A stretch of DNA of 64,000 nt from Nemertoderma westbladi (taxonomy: Eukaryota; Animalia; Xenacoelomorpha), in assembly GCA_032718475.1 (NCBI GenBank), contig JAUCBJ010007105.1, positions 15,234-79,233 on the forward strand. The letters are read 5' to 3'. The translations under genes and the position numbers were made by a program. Shown here piece after piece: positions 25,459 through 36,201 of this stretch (within the stretch, counting starts at the first letter, position 1; the number at the start of each line of letters is the position of its first letter). The notes beneath the pieces are model-generated. The model was not told the origin of the DNA. It saw only the letters and a program-made list of their open reading frames with translations, and did not search any database.

Positions 25459-28400
25459 ATGAGTGACACACCCCATTCGACGAGATACCCACCTACCGAC
25501 TATGACTCGTGCGACCCGGACAGATCGACAGTAGACGAACCGAGAAGGAGAACCCGAGATTCCACCGATGTCACACCGCTTGCGTCGCCGGTACCCCGAA
25601 CGGAAATACCGGAAACCGCAACGCGTGGCGACGGCAGAATCGAAGATTTCCTTACCGTCCCGCAGACTAGATCGCGGGAACCGGACATGGTAAGTTCGAC
25701 TGGGAGCCAGGAGAACGTTATTAGAAGTATAGGAGGACACATGGCCCAGATTACTCGAAACCTCGGAGAAGGTTTTCGCGTTTTACGCGAGTTAACCGCC
25801 CCGATGTCGAGATACGAGTTCTACACCTTACAGGTAAGGATAGAAAGTAGGGTACATGCCTCCGTAGATAAACTTAAAGGTTTGCACGAACTTGCAGAGT
25901 TGCGTGGCGACAACTTTACTCAGGTAACGATAGTAGATAAATTGGTAAGTGCGAGAGAAAGCCTTATCCAGTTTAAGTCGGTGATAAGATTGGCTCAACA
26001 GGAGCAGTTTGACCAACTGCTAGGTGAGTCAGTTTCGGACGCGTTGTTACAACCCGAAGAGGAAGAAGAACTCTACTGCCTGGACGGAAGGTTGGAAACG
26101 CTGACCAATTTTCTTCGTAGATGCGGCGTACCGATCGACGAACCGGAAGTCGAACCGCGAGGGACGACGGAAGTTCTCACTACGGAAGGCTCGCGAGCCT
26201 ACCAACATCCACCACTGGATAGATCGTTCGTTAGCGTACGGAGCGACGTTGGCAACGTTGGCGACGTTAGTAGAACAGCGTCTGGAATTACTCGACAACA
26301 ACAGGAGGTGGCACGCCGACAACAAGTCGCCGAGGAAGAAGCGCGACACCAGATGGCACAGATCGCCATCGAAGGAGAGAAACAACGTAGAGAAGACGAG
26401 GCAAGAATTGCACAACTCAAGGCGCAAGCTGAATTCGAAGCATCAGAAATGCGCAGACTGGAGGAGGACTTAGCACGGCAGAAGGCAGCATCCGACGCTC
26501 GTGCCAAGTTGGAGGCGCGGCAAATAAACGCTCGATTAGCTATACAGGAAGCGGAATTAGCGGCACAACAACAGGATGCAGATCGACGCGAAAGGGAGAT
26601 GCAACTACAGTTCGAATTGAATCGTAGATCGCGCGAGACAGCGAACGCGCAAGCGGACCTCGAACTCGACGCGAGAGATAGATCTATGAGATCGCGAACT
26701 GGACACGACTTGTCTGCCCTGGATCGTATGGAAGCTCGATATCGCGGAATACAGAAGCGGATCGAGGAAGGAAGCGTGGGAGCAATAGATCGAGGAGAGG
26801 AGTTCGTCGAGGATTACTGTAAACGTTTTCCCCAAGTTATTCCTATGCTCAAACCCACGACTCCGATAAAACCGGTCTTTGTTACGAAACCTAAGGAAAT
26901 AACGCCTGTGCGCCCGACGCAAGGTAGCAGGTTTGTTGTGACGGAAATACCGCAACCTAGGGCGACTTCATCGCCGATTCTCGCAGGTAACATAACTAGT
27001 CCACCTACTGTAAGCCGTAGTTTACTTGTGGAGAGAGACGAACCTGCGTTTATGACAGTAAAACAGGTGAGTAAACCATTGCAAGTTAAACCTGTGACGT
27101 GCTGCGCGAACCCAGTCATTTATAAACCTACAGTAGAACTTAACTCAGATGTTTTTACTAGACCTCTCACCCAATGTTTAACGAGACCTACGACTTCGTG
27201 GAAGGCTTGCGAGCCTACCGAACAACGAGGAGCCGTAGATCCCAGACCACGACGAACTCGACCAAGGATAATACGCCGGACGCGAACCCGCCAACCACCT
27301 TATCCGGACGACAGCGACTCATCTAGCGACTCGGAGTCGACGGAACGGGAAATATTCCGTACTGGAGCGGCAGCGGCAGCGGATTACAAACAGGAGGAAC
27401 GATCGACGAACCCATACATCGACAATCCACCTCGAGAAACACCCCAACAGAAACCCACGTTGCAACCAGCGGAAGCGATTAGCACCAACAGACTCGCCGA
27501 AATAATGCGACCTGTAGCGGACCGACTAGCTCAGATAGAAGAGCGACTCGAAGCGCAACCGTCGGATCGATCACGAACCAGCGTGGAATTGGAACAACCT
27601 AGACAACATCGACCACCGAGGAGAGAACAGGAGACTAGACGGACTCCGACACATCGAGAAGATGATCCCGTTAATAATTCCTACCGACGAACAACGCGCG
27701 GAAGGGAGCGACTGGACGACGCCACCGAACAGGGACGCGGACAGTTGGATTTAGTTAGCGAGATTGCGAAATTCGCGGCTAGACACGGATTACCGGCACA
27801 GCAACCGCCGAAGTTCTCTGGCAACGCGAAACACTGGCGCACACTGGTAGACTACGTAGAGTCCCAGATCGCTAAGTGTGCTTTCACCTCGACGGAGAAG
27901 TTTAACTACTTGCTCCAAGTTCTGTCTGGTGAGCCGAAACGATTAGCGGAAACCTTTATTGGTGTTCCCGATGCCTTTGAGTTGGCGTACGACCGTTTAT
28001 ATTCGATTTACGGCGGTAATGTCGCCATGGCTAAATCCATTATTGAAGACCTCTGCAGAGGAGGCAATATTTCGAGACCGATCGACCTTTTACGACTCGC
28101 GGACGAAATAAAGAACGCTATAGGGACTTTACGGTCCATTGGACAACTCGAGTACGCTAACGCACCGACGGTTCTCATTCGAATAATCGGTCGACTTCAC
28201 CATCGACTACGACGAGAATGGCGACGCATCGAGTACCAGCGCGAAGAGGCCGGAGGGTTATTAAAACACACCGATGTCTATCAACTTATTTCACGGGAGG
28301 CCGTGATCGAGACTCGATCGAACTATACCGATCACCATATCGCGGCGGAAGGGATAACTGTTTCTGCGCCGAATCGGACTAAACCTTTTCCGACGAACGC

Positions 28401-31400
28401 GAAGGCCGTTACTTACGCCACCCCTACTGAGACTTCTAAAGTTCTGACGCCTATCGGCACCACGCAGCCACGACAACAGTTGCCGGCGGACTTTGTGGGA
28501 TGCTCATACTGCGAGCGGAATGGCAGAAACCATAGCGGACATAAACTACGTGCATGTCGCGCTTTTAAAGAGTTAGGGATCGAGGAGAGGAGACTCCAAA
28601 TCCGATCTCTAGATTCCTGTTGGAGATGTATGAAGCCAGGACACGTCCGGAAGGATTGCCCGAGCGACGATACATGTTCTCTGTGTGGACGTAACCATGA
28701 CGCGTTGCTTCACACAACCAGTCATACTCCGACCAGACGCTTTCGACGAGAGCATCCAGATAAAGCGGCTAGATGCGACGCGCTTTATAAGGAGCGTGCG
28801 CCGCGCGAGATCCGTACCTTTTATACCGACTGTATGGATCAGTCAGGATCATCGGACGAGGACGAGGAGGAAGACGACACTTTCTACGTGCATGCAGGTG
28901 AGGAACAGCCATCGATAACGCTCCTCACACAGAACCAATTGAAAGGGTTTAGCGTGATTCCTATAAAGATTACCGGAACCCGAGGGAGCAAGCGCATATA
29001 CGCCATCTTAGACTCTGCGTCATCGCATAGCTATGTCGACGAACAAGTAGCTGACGTAGTTACGGACTTGAGTCAAGGTAAGACTGCTCAGTATACTGTA
29101 AGCAGCATGCATGGTAAGAGAGCGATCCCTGTGACAAGAGTAAAACTAACTTTAGACACTCTTCTTTCCAAAGCGGAACACAGCAAGGAGGAGCGCTCAT
29201 TACTTCCGGTAAGAAATTTGACCTTTGCAGCTACGAAGGACTTTAGTAACTTGCTCGGCCCTGTGCCAGAGCAATCTCCGGAAGATCGTAAGTATTTCCG
29301 ACACCTTGGAATACCGGAATGTCCTGTTAATTATCGTTCCATTGCGATGTTAATTGGGACAGACCAGTTTAACTTACATCAGGTATGGGAGACACGCCCA
29401 TCTGTTATTACAGCGGGCAACCCCTACGCATGTAGAACTCCCATAGGTTGGTATACTAGAGCACCAATACGTTCACTAGAGGTAAGTGACCAGGAGGACG
29501 ACGTTTTGAGTACGTGTAGTTTATTGACTAACACGATAGATAATTCTCCTTCACACTCCTGTGGTCCAATTGTACGGACGGCACTACGACAGACTTGCGT
29601 CACTAACGCAGACGCCACCGATACTGACGTAACCGATCTGGACACGACCATACGGACCTCTGACTTACAACTACTTGCAGTAGACCAGGTTGTATTGACT
29701 ACTGAAGACCTGAGGGTTGTTGCCGTGGATGACTCGATGAACGAGGATTTTGGAAGGCTTGTGAGCCTACCGAAAAATCCGAAGGTCATTGACCCCACCC
29801 ACCAGGCCTCGACACCGGTCGTTGATCTTGGAAGGCTTGCGAGCCTACCGATAGATCAAGAGGTTGTCAAACCGCCGCACGACAATTCGACGCCGACTAG
29901 TGACACCGGAAGGCTTGCGAGCCTACCAGACACATTGACACTAGCCACCGCAGCGGACGAAGACGTGGACGAGGACCATGGCGCAGTGCAAGCAGCGCTT
30001 GACCGACTGCTGACTGAACGGACCATACAATGGTTGGAACAGGACTCAGCAGAACCCGGTAGTTACGAGACCGCTATGTCAGAACAGGAAAAACGGTCAT
30101 TAAATATTATGAGAGATACCATTCGCCAGACCGCGAATGGCCACTATGAGGTTGGTATGTTGTGGCGCAATGGACAACCAAAGCTCGTTAACAATTACCC
30201 GCTTGCTTTGAGGCGACTCAAATCAATAAGGCAGCGATTGTTGCGAGACGAGATGGCCCATATGCAATACAATACACAACTTCAGACGTATCTCCAAAAG
30301 GGATACGCCATTAGGATGCTAAATCCTGAGGTAACTACAGAACAGACATATTACCTGCCACATCATTTTGTTCGACACCCGGACAAACCTGGCAAGGTGC
30401 GTGTAGTCAACGACTGCGCTGCGCTTTACCAAGGGATGTCTATGAATAGCGAACTGATGGACGGGCCGAATATGAATAATTACCTCATGGGAGTCCTAAT
30501 GCGTTTTAGACAACGCAAAGTGGCTTTCACCTGTGACGTAGAGGCCATGTTTCACCAGGTTAAGGCTTTGGAGCGGGACAGGGACAGTTTAAGGTTTCTT
30601 TGGTATCCGGACGGAAATTTACAACTTCCGCCAGAAACTTACCAAATGCAGGTAAGAGTATTTGGAGCCAGGGACAGCCCCAACTGCACCATGTACGCAT
30701 TAAAGCAGACAGCATTGGACAGACGAGACCAATTTGACCCAGAAGTAGTTCGGACCGTGGAACGAGATTTCTACGTGGATGACGGCCTCAAGAGTTGTGA
30801 CACCTTGGAGCGCGCTACAACCGTAGCACACCAACTCCAGGATTGTCTCGCTGAGGGCGGATTTCACCTGACGAAGTTCGCTTCCAACGAACCCGAACTG
30901 GTGAACTCATTTGACCCGACGGATCGTAGCGGAGGTGATTTAGACTTAGACCTAGAACCACTGCCGACGACCAAAGTATTAGGACTTAGTTGGGACCCTA
31001 ACACCGACAATTTTAGGGTACGTGTAAGGTCCAACGACCAGACTAGACCTCTCACTAAGAGGACTTGCTTATCGACCATGAGTCGATTGTATGACCCATT
31101 GTGTTTCATTAGTCCAGTGATCCTACATGCTAGGATCATACTCCGCAGCATTTGGCAAGCCGGACTGGAATGGGACGATCCCATCCCAGAAAAGTTAGCT
31201 GAGCGATGGAGGGACTGGGAAGCCCAACTGACGTTCCTACAAGACTATACCATACCGAGGGTATACTTTCCTTTGCAAACCACCTTTCCTGCCGATTTAG
31301 AGCTTCACAGCTTTAGTGACGCTAGCAAGGATGGATTGGGGGTTACATTATACCTTAGACGACAAGTGACATCGGACAGCTACGATGTATCTCTCGTTAC

Positions 31401-32391
31401 TTCAAGAGCTAGAACAATGCCATTGAAGTATATGACTGTACCTCGTGGGGAGCTGCAAGCCGGGACGATATCCACCGATATTGTCAGTCTAGTTCAACGC
31501 GAGCTGGAGGCTAACTTGAAGGTCACATATTGGACGGATGCGACGTTGGTACTTTGGTACATAAACAACGAAACATTCGAGTTCAAGACTTTCGTAGCCA
31601 ACAGACGGGCTGAAATACTAGACCGGTCGCTCAAACAAGATTGGCGTCACTGTCCAGGGAAGCTGAACCCAGCTGACATCGCGTCACGGGGGATGCAACC
31701 ACTTGACTTTTGTAAACCGGACAATAAATCCTTTTGGTTTAGAGGACCCGATTTCCTACAGCGACCATCAGACGAATGGCCACCGTTATTCGACGCGACA
31801 ACCAACACCATACCAGAGGGTGCCGAGATAAAACTCGACAAGGTTGTCAAGTCTAAAGCGAAAGCCAACGCCAAGGTCAAGAGGAAAAAAGGACGGACGA
31901 AATCTGATGACCTGGACGCCAGACCTGACATTACGCCAGACGTCTCGCCAGACACTCGACCAGACGCTTGTACGAATCCTTCGCCGGATGTTCCGCGGGA
32001 GATTTCACCAGACGTTTCGCCGGATTGTTCACCAGATTACTCGCCAGATTATTCACCAGAAGAGATACCAGATTGTTCTCCGGATTGTTCGCCAGATTGT
32101 TTGATGGAACTCTCGACAGAATGTCTACCGGACGTCTCACCAGACTGTTCACCAGACATCTCGACCGACTGTCCACCAGACTTTGAACCAGACTTTCTGA
32201 CGGAAGTTACGCTAGACAGACTTTGGGACCGACGACCGGACATTTCGCCGGATGTTCCGCGCTATGTCTCACCAGACGTCTCACCAGACTGTTCACCAGA
32301 CGCTTCGCCAGACTGTCTACTAGACACTCCATTAGAAGACCCATTGGAGCGGACTTTTAGAGACGTACCTAAAGAGGTGAGGTCTCTATAG
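25459..32391 (+). CDS. BEL/Pao Gag-protease-RT-RNase H polyprotein without integrase (2310 aa)
   Basis: Coiled coil, PPKFSGN, three Cys/His knuckles (CWRCMKPGHVRKDC, CSLCGRNHDALLH), AILDSAS protease, YYLPHH, FYVDDGL, HSFSDAS, PRGELQA, YWTDA, NPADIASRG; uninterrupted. Confidence 0.95.
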   Translation: MSDTPHSTRYPPTDYDSCDPDRSTVDEPRRRTRDSTDVTPLASPVPRTEIPETATRGDGRIEDFLTVPQTRSREPDMVSSTGSQENVIRSIGGHMAQITRNLGEGFRVLRELTAPMSRYEFYTLQVRIESRVHASVDKLKGLHELAELRGDNFTQVTIVDKLVSARESLIQFKSVIRLAQQEQFDQLLGESVSDALLQPEEEEELYCLDGRLETLTNFLRRCGVPIDEPEVEPRGTTEVLTTEGSRAYQHPPLDRSFVSVRSDVGNVGDVSRTASGITRQQQEVARRQQVAEEEARHQMAQIAIEGEKQRREDEARIAQLKAQAEFEASEMRRLEEDLARQKAASDARAKLEARQINARLAIQEAELAAQQQDADRREREMQLQFELNRRSRETANAQADLELDARDRSMRSRTGHDLSALDRMEARYRGIQKRIEEGSVGAIDRGEEFVEDYCKRFPQVIPMLKPTTPIKPVFVTKPKEITPVRPTQGSRFVVTEIPQPRATSSPILAGNITSPPTVSRSLLVERDEPAFMTVKQVSKPLQVKPVTCCANPVIYKPTVELNSDVFTRPLTQCLTRPTTSWKACEPTEQRGAVDPRPRRTRPRIIRRTRTRQPPYPDDSDSSSDSESTEREIFRTGAAAAADYKQEERSTNPYIDNPPRETPQQKPTLQPAEAISTNRLAEIMRPVADRLAQIEERLEAQPSDRSRTSVELEQPRQHRPPRREQETRRTPTHREDDPVNNSYRRTTRGRERLDDATEQGRGQLDLVSEIAKFAARHGLPAQQPPKFSGNAKHWRTLVDYVESQIAKCAFTSTEKFNYLLQVLSGEPKRLAETFIGVPDAFELAYDRLYSIYGGNVAMAKSIIEDLCRGGNISRPIDLLRLADEIKNAIGTLRSIGQLEYANAPTVLIRIIGRLHHRLRREWRRIEYQREEAGGLLKHTDVYQLISREAVIETRSNYTDHHIAAEGITVSAPNRTKPFPTNAKAVTYATPTETSKVLTPIGTTQPRQQLPADFVGCSYCERNGRNHSGHKLRACRAFKELGIEERRLQIRSLDSCWRCMKPGHVRKDCPSDDTCSLCGRNHDALLHTTSHTPTRRFRREHPDKAARCDALYKERAPREIRTFYTDCMDQSGSSDEDEEEDDTFYVHAGEEQPSITLLTQNQLKGFSVIPIKITGTRGSKRIYAILDSASSHSYVDEQVADVVTDLSQGKTAQYTVSSMHGKRAIPVTRVKLTLDTLLSKAEHSKEERSLLPVRNLTFAATKDFSNLLGPVPEQSPEDRKYFRHLGIPECPVNYRSIAMLIGTDQFNLHQVWETRPSVITAGNPYACRTPIGWYTRAPIRSLEVSDQEDDVLSTCSLLTNTIDNSPSHSCGPIVRTALRQTCVTNADATDTDVTDLDTTIRTSDLQLLAVDQVVLTTEDLRVVAVDDSMNEDFGRLVSLPKNPKVIDPTHQASTPVVDLGRLASLPIDQEVVKPPHDNSTPTSDTGRLASLPDTLTLATAADEDVDEDHGAVQAALDRLLTERTIQWLEQDSAEPGSYETAMSEQEKRSLNIMRDTIRQTANGHYEVGMLWRNGQPKLVNNYPLALRRLKSIRQRLLRDEMAHMQYNTQLQTYLQKGYAIRMLNPEVTTEQTYYLPHHFVRHPDKPGKVRVVNDCAALYQGMSMNSELMDGPNMNNYLMGVLMRFRQRKVAFTCDVEAMFHQVKALERDRDSLRFLWYPDGNLQLPPETYQMQVRVFGARDSPNCTMYALKQTALDRRDQFDPEVVRTVERDFYVDDGLKSCDTLERATTVAHQLQDCLAEGGFHLTKFASNEPELVNSFDPTDRSGGDLDLDLEPLPTTKVLGLSWDPNTDNFRVRVRSNDQTRPLTKRTCLSTMSRLYDPLCFISPVILHARIILRSIWQAGLEWDDPIPEKLAERWRDWEAQLTFLQDYTIPRVYFPLQTTFPADLELHSFSDASKDGLGVTLYLRRQVTSDSYDVSLVTSRARTMPLKYMTVPRGELQAGTISTDIVSLVQRELEANLKVTYWTDATLVLWYINNETFEFKTFVANRRAEILDRSLKQDWRHCPGKLNPADIASRGMQPLDFCKPDNKSFWFRGPDFLQRPSDEWPPLFDATTNTIPEGAEIKLDKVVKSKAKANAKVKRKKGRTKSDDLDARPDITPDVSPDTRPDACTNPSPDVPREISPDVSPDCSPDYSPDYSPEEIPDCSPDCSPDCLMELSTECLPDVSPDCSPDISTDCPPDFEPDFLTEVTLDRLWDRRPDISPDVPRYVSPDVSPDCSPDASPDCLLDTPLEDPLERTFRDVPKEVRSL
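29740..29930 (+). repeat. Three 78-bp-spaced repeats in the PR-RT linker, each carrying the hairpin motif
   Basis: Motif starts at 29752, 29830 and 29908 (GRLxSLP). Confidence 0.9.
31924..32320 (+). repeat. 12-bp coding repeat (PDxS)n at the polyprotein C-terminus
   Basis: PDVS/PDCS/PDYS/PDIS/PDAS units. Confidence 0.9.
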
Positions 32392-33594
32392 GGGTGCGTC
32401 TAACAGGCGGCGGCAGACTCGTGAGGGTCTGGGGGCACGCTAAATCTAAATATAGTGCTAGGGAGTCACTGAAGGCCCTCGTGTCTAACGAACCATGAAT
32501 TGCCATGGTGCCGTGGTACCGTCTAGTCGGCCTGTTGCCGTACTGCCAGTCCTGTACACAGTAGGGGTGGTGGCATGGCGTGATTTGTGGTTCATGTGGT
32601 GTGAACTATGTTTTGTATGTGGGCGATCAGTGGCAGTTTGCTTGGGGCTTGGATGGTTCCATTGACCGTCAGCTGTTCCGTTTTTTTGATACTATATGTT
32701 ATTGTCTCCATGTTCAGTTGATTGGTCTTTGGTGGCATTGGAAAAACCGTCGGGTCTTGAGTTTTCTGTTGCTGTGGGTACGTGAGTACACGTGATTGTA
32801 TGTGTGGCCACTGCGAGTGGGTATGGGAACCCTTGCCAGTTGGACAAGACGCCGCTGGTATTAGTAGGACCATATCTCTACTGCGCCCCAGCATACTTTG
32901 TGCACACAAAGTTATTTTACCCTGTCAGTAAAATAAGGTACTCTCGACTTGGTGGTTGGTCGATACAATTTGTCCCCTCTGATTTGTCTTTCTCGATTTT
33001 GACCCCGATTTTGTCTTTCCCGATTTTGTCTTCTGTGTGTGCATGGTATGTGTCAGATTTTGTGTTTACCGTAGTGTACTTGATTTCGTGAACATCTGTT
33101 GAGTACACGTGTACAGGACGGGTAAGTGGTTACTTGTTCCTAGCTTTCGAGCTAGTCAGTATTGTTGAGGAACGGTGTCCCTTCAATACTGCCGGCGAGG
33201 CAGGTGAAAACGTGTCAATATTCCATGTTGGGTAGCGCAAGCCCACGTGGGACAAGACCGTCGGTTAGGCCCAAGGGCGACCTTGGTGCTCGATCGCTAT
33301 CGACTGGTCCACCTGCCGGTTGACTCTTTGTTATACTTTGAGTTGGCTCAATGTACAGTCAGGCCACAGTAAGTTGACAGTAGCCGCCCATCTGGCTACA
33401 CGTTCGACGAGCTGTGCTGGTGTGATCGGGGGACCGAAAACAGAACCCGGGAAGCATCGGGCCACCCTGCGGCCCGGTTATGTCTAAACGACTGATAGAA
33501 ATGTCAGTCGGACTGGCCCCCAGGGTGGTGGAAACACGTCCGCCTTAGTGGGTGCGCCTCGGGGAGGAGCCCAGAAGGACGAAAGTGACCAAAT
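32392..33594 (+). other. Non-coding, hairpin-rich spacer between RNase H and integrase ORFs (candidate structured cis-acting RNA)
   Basis: Stops in the frames checked; stems capped by GTGA (32414-32431), TTCG (33140-33155), GCGA (33271-33286) and GAAA (33489-33510). Confidence 0.6.
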
Positions 33595-35412
33595 TTGACT
33601 TCTTTGGACGACAGAGTTGTGGCCACAGGGATTACACTCCGCTCGAAGAAGGTACTTGACTTACCTACAGGTAAAGTGGTGACTAAGGTTAGGAAGCTTA
33701 CAGGCTCACAGGAACACACTGACACTGTAGAGTTGAAACCATTACTGCCAGTCGACACATTAGGTGCGGACGGCAAAGGTAAGACCGTAGAGATTGACGT
33801 ACTTGGGGACTCAGACAAACCTACCGGAAGGCCCGTGGGCCTACCAAGTCCAGACAAGTATCCACACTACGACTACACCTTACCCGATGACGTCACTAAC
33901 ACTTACGTTGACAGGATAGTGAACCTAACTAGATCATGGACTGACGCGTGCCGCAAGTTAGCATGGCTCAAACGATTGAGACAATATGCCAGAGGCAAAC
34001 GCGACTTTCCTAGAAGACTTACCTTAAAGGAAATTGAACACTGTGAAGTTGATATCATTCGACATTATCAATTGCGATATTTCGCACGAGAGTTCACAGC
34101 GATCAAACAAGGTAAACAGATTAAGTCTTCACCGATTTTGAGTTGGAGTCCGATTATTTACCGGGGCTTACTTTGTCACAAGTCCAGACTCCAAAACATC
34201 GACTTTGCACTTGACTTTAGGTATCCTATCATCATACCGCAACACCATGAGTTACAGCGCGCTATGATACTGGACGCACATGTACAACTCAAACACGTAG
34301 GTAGACACCACTGTCTATCATACTTACGCTCGAGGTTTGTACTGATTAGACCTAGTAAGGCACTGAGTTCAGTAACACGGAACTGTATTATTTGTAAGAA
34401 GGTGCACGCGAGGATAGGACACCAAGAAATGAGTGAACTACCATTAGCTAGATTACAGGCATTTAGACCCCCTTTCACTGAGACAGGGATAGACTGTTTT
34501 GGACCCATAATCGCGAAACGCGGAAGGGTACAGGTAAAACGTTGGGGATTGATCTTCACTTGCATGGCCAGCAGAGCTGTCCATATAGAGCGAGTGACAG
34601 ACTTGTCCACCAATGCCTTTATCCTAGCCTTACGGCGATTTATCGCTAGACGTGGATTGGTCAAATCCATATACTGCGACCAAGGGACAAACTTTGTGGG
34701 TGCACGGAACGAGATAACCAGAGCTTTGAGAAAATTGGACCAAAACCAGATTTCCGAGGAACTACGTCCTCACCGTATTGTTTGGTTTTTCAACACTCCA
34801 GACAGTCCGTGGAGAGGCGGCGTTTGGGAAAGGCTGATTGGCTCAATAAAGACAGCTATGGCTAAAGTAGTACCGACGCAACACATCTTGACAGACGACC
34901 AACTGACGACGTTACTAATAGAAATCGAAGCAATCTTAAATACCAGACCGATCGCTTTGATCCCAGACAATAACGACGTACGGTTTGCCTTGACACCAGC
35001 GCACCTGCTTATGCAGGCGCCGACGACATTGTTGCCCATTTCGGTACCCGTTGATAGTGACGGATACGGCAACAAGGCTTGGAAAATCACTCTATTACTT
35101 GCAAATAAATTCTGGGAAATATGGCAGAAATATTATTTGCCCTCTATTTCGACCAGAACCTCTTGGTATCTAAATACCCGATGTTTAAGACGTGGTGACC
35201 ATGTCTTATTGGCTGAAGCTAATCTGAGAAGACGGTTTTGGCTGACTGGAGTCATTTTGACCACGCACCCTACATCTGGTGTAGTGAGGACAGTTACTGT
35301 ACGGACTATCGACGGACGTACCGTAGATAGGCCTGTACAACGTCTCGTACTCCTTGAGGAGACTAGAAACGAGACGGGAGACTACAAATCTCCACCCAAT
35401 ATTAGTAAATAG
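33595..35412 (+). CDS. Separate BEL/Pao integrase ORF (true start unknown; first ATG at 34264)
   Basis: H..H...CxxC (HVQLKH...CIICKK), GIDCFGP, YCDQGTNFVG, GVWERLIGSIK, LNTRPI, LTPAHLL, GVVRTVTV, RPVQRL; catalytic D-D-E intact. Confidence 0.93.
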   Translation: MTSLDDRVVATGITLRSKKVLDLPTGKVVTKVRKLTGSQEHTDTVELKPLLPVDTLGADGKGKTVEIDVLGDSDKPTGRPVGLPSPDKYPHYDYTLPDDVTNTYVDRIVNLTRSWTDACRKLAWLKRLRQYARGKRDFPRRLTLKEIEHCEVDIIRHYQLRYFAREFTAIKQGKQIKSSPILSWSPIIYRGLLCHKSRLQNIDFALDFRYPIIIPQHHELQRAMILDAHVQLKHVGRHHCLSYLRSRFVLIRPSKALSSVTRNCIICKKVHARIGHQEMSELPLARLQAFRPPFTETGIDCFGPIIAKRGRVQVKRWGLIFTCMASRAVHIERVTDLSTNAFILALRRFIARRGLVKSIYCDQGTNFVGARNEITRALRKLDQNQISEELRPHRIVWFFNTPDSPWRGGVWERLIGSIKTAMAKVVPTQHILTDDQLTTLLIEIEAILNTRPIALIPDNNDVRFALTPAHLLMQAPTTLLPISVPVDSDGYGNKAWKITLLLANKFWEIWQKYYLPSISTRTSWYLNTRCLRRGDHVLLAEANLRRRFWLTGVILTTHPTSGVVRTVTVRTIDGRTVDRPVQRLVLLEETRNETGDYKSPPNISK

Positions 35413-36201
35413 ATGTGGGACCTTGGTTGGCCGCCACATAGACCTACTGTATTTTAGTTATTTGTATTTGTATTACTGTACGTGCATTTGTAATCCTCTT
35501 CACTGTAGATAGAGACAGCGGTGGAATTCCATTGTCTTTATACGTGAACATGGAGGGTAGTACCCTTATGTATCACATAGGAGCGGGATTGTGTGTACAG
35601 TAGGAATGGAATTCCACTTGGAACCCACAAGTGAGACAATTTTTCAAAAATTATTAGACAAATCCATTTGTTTGGATTTAAATTTAAGAAAAACGATTCT
35701 CCAGTGAAAGCAAATTCTAGAATACAGCTAGATAAAATTAAAATTGGGGAGGACAAGAGCGGATGGAAGGCTTGCGAGCCTACCGATAAATTTTTTTTGG
35801 AAAAAGAAAATCGGCCTTGTTCTACGTAGTCGTGTCTACTATTATTTTGACCAATTAATTCTCGACTGCACTATTTTCTTGGGAAACGTAGTTTGGGAAA
35901 TTAAAAGGTGAGTATTTTAGACTCGCGGCTAGTTTACCCGGAATTCGTTTTTTATCGGCACATTTTTGGATTAGGAGCCAGTGCGAAATCACGCGAACCC
36001 GAAGTCATTAGGCAAAATGGGTTGGGGTTTAGAGCAGAGTTGAGCCAAAAGCCGACAAACTCTAAGTCACCTCACATCTAACCTCTGTTTGTGCTTCCTC
36101 TAGTAGAAACACTATTATCAAAGATCCACGCAGGAATAGGAGCACCAGGCGCCGTTCAACCGATATGGGGCCAAAACTTTAACCTGTTTGGAGTGGAGAG
36201 T

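Noticed and set aside
32592-33108. Minus-strand ORFs in the spacer as an inverted gene
   Set aside because: Short, in different frames, with stops in all three minus frames just upstream (33121-33180) and no motifs.
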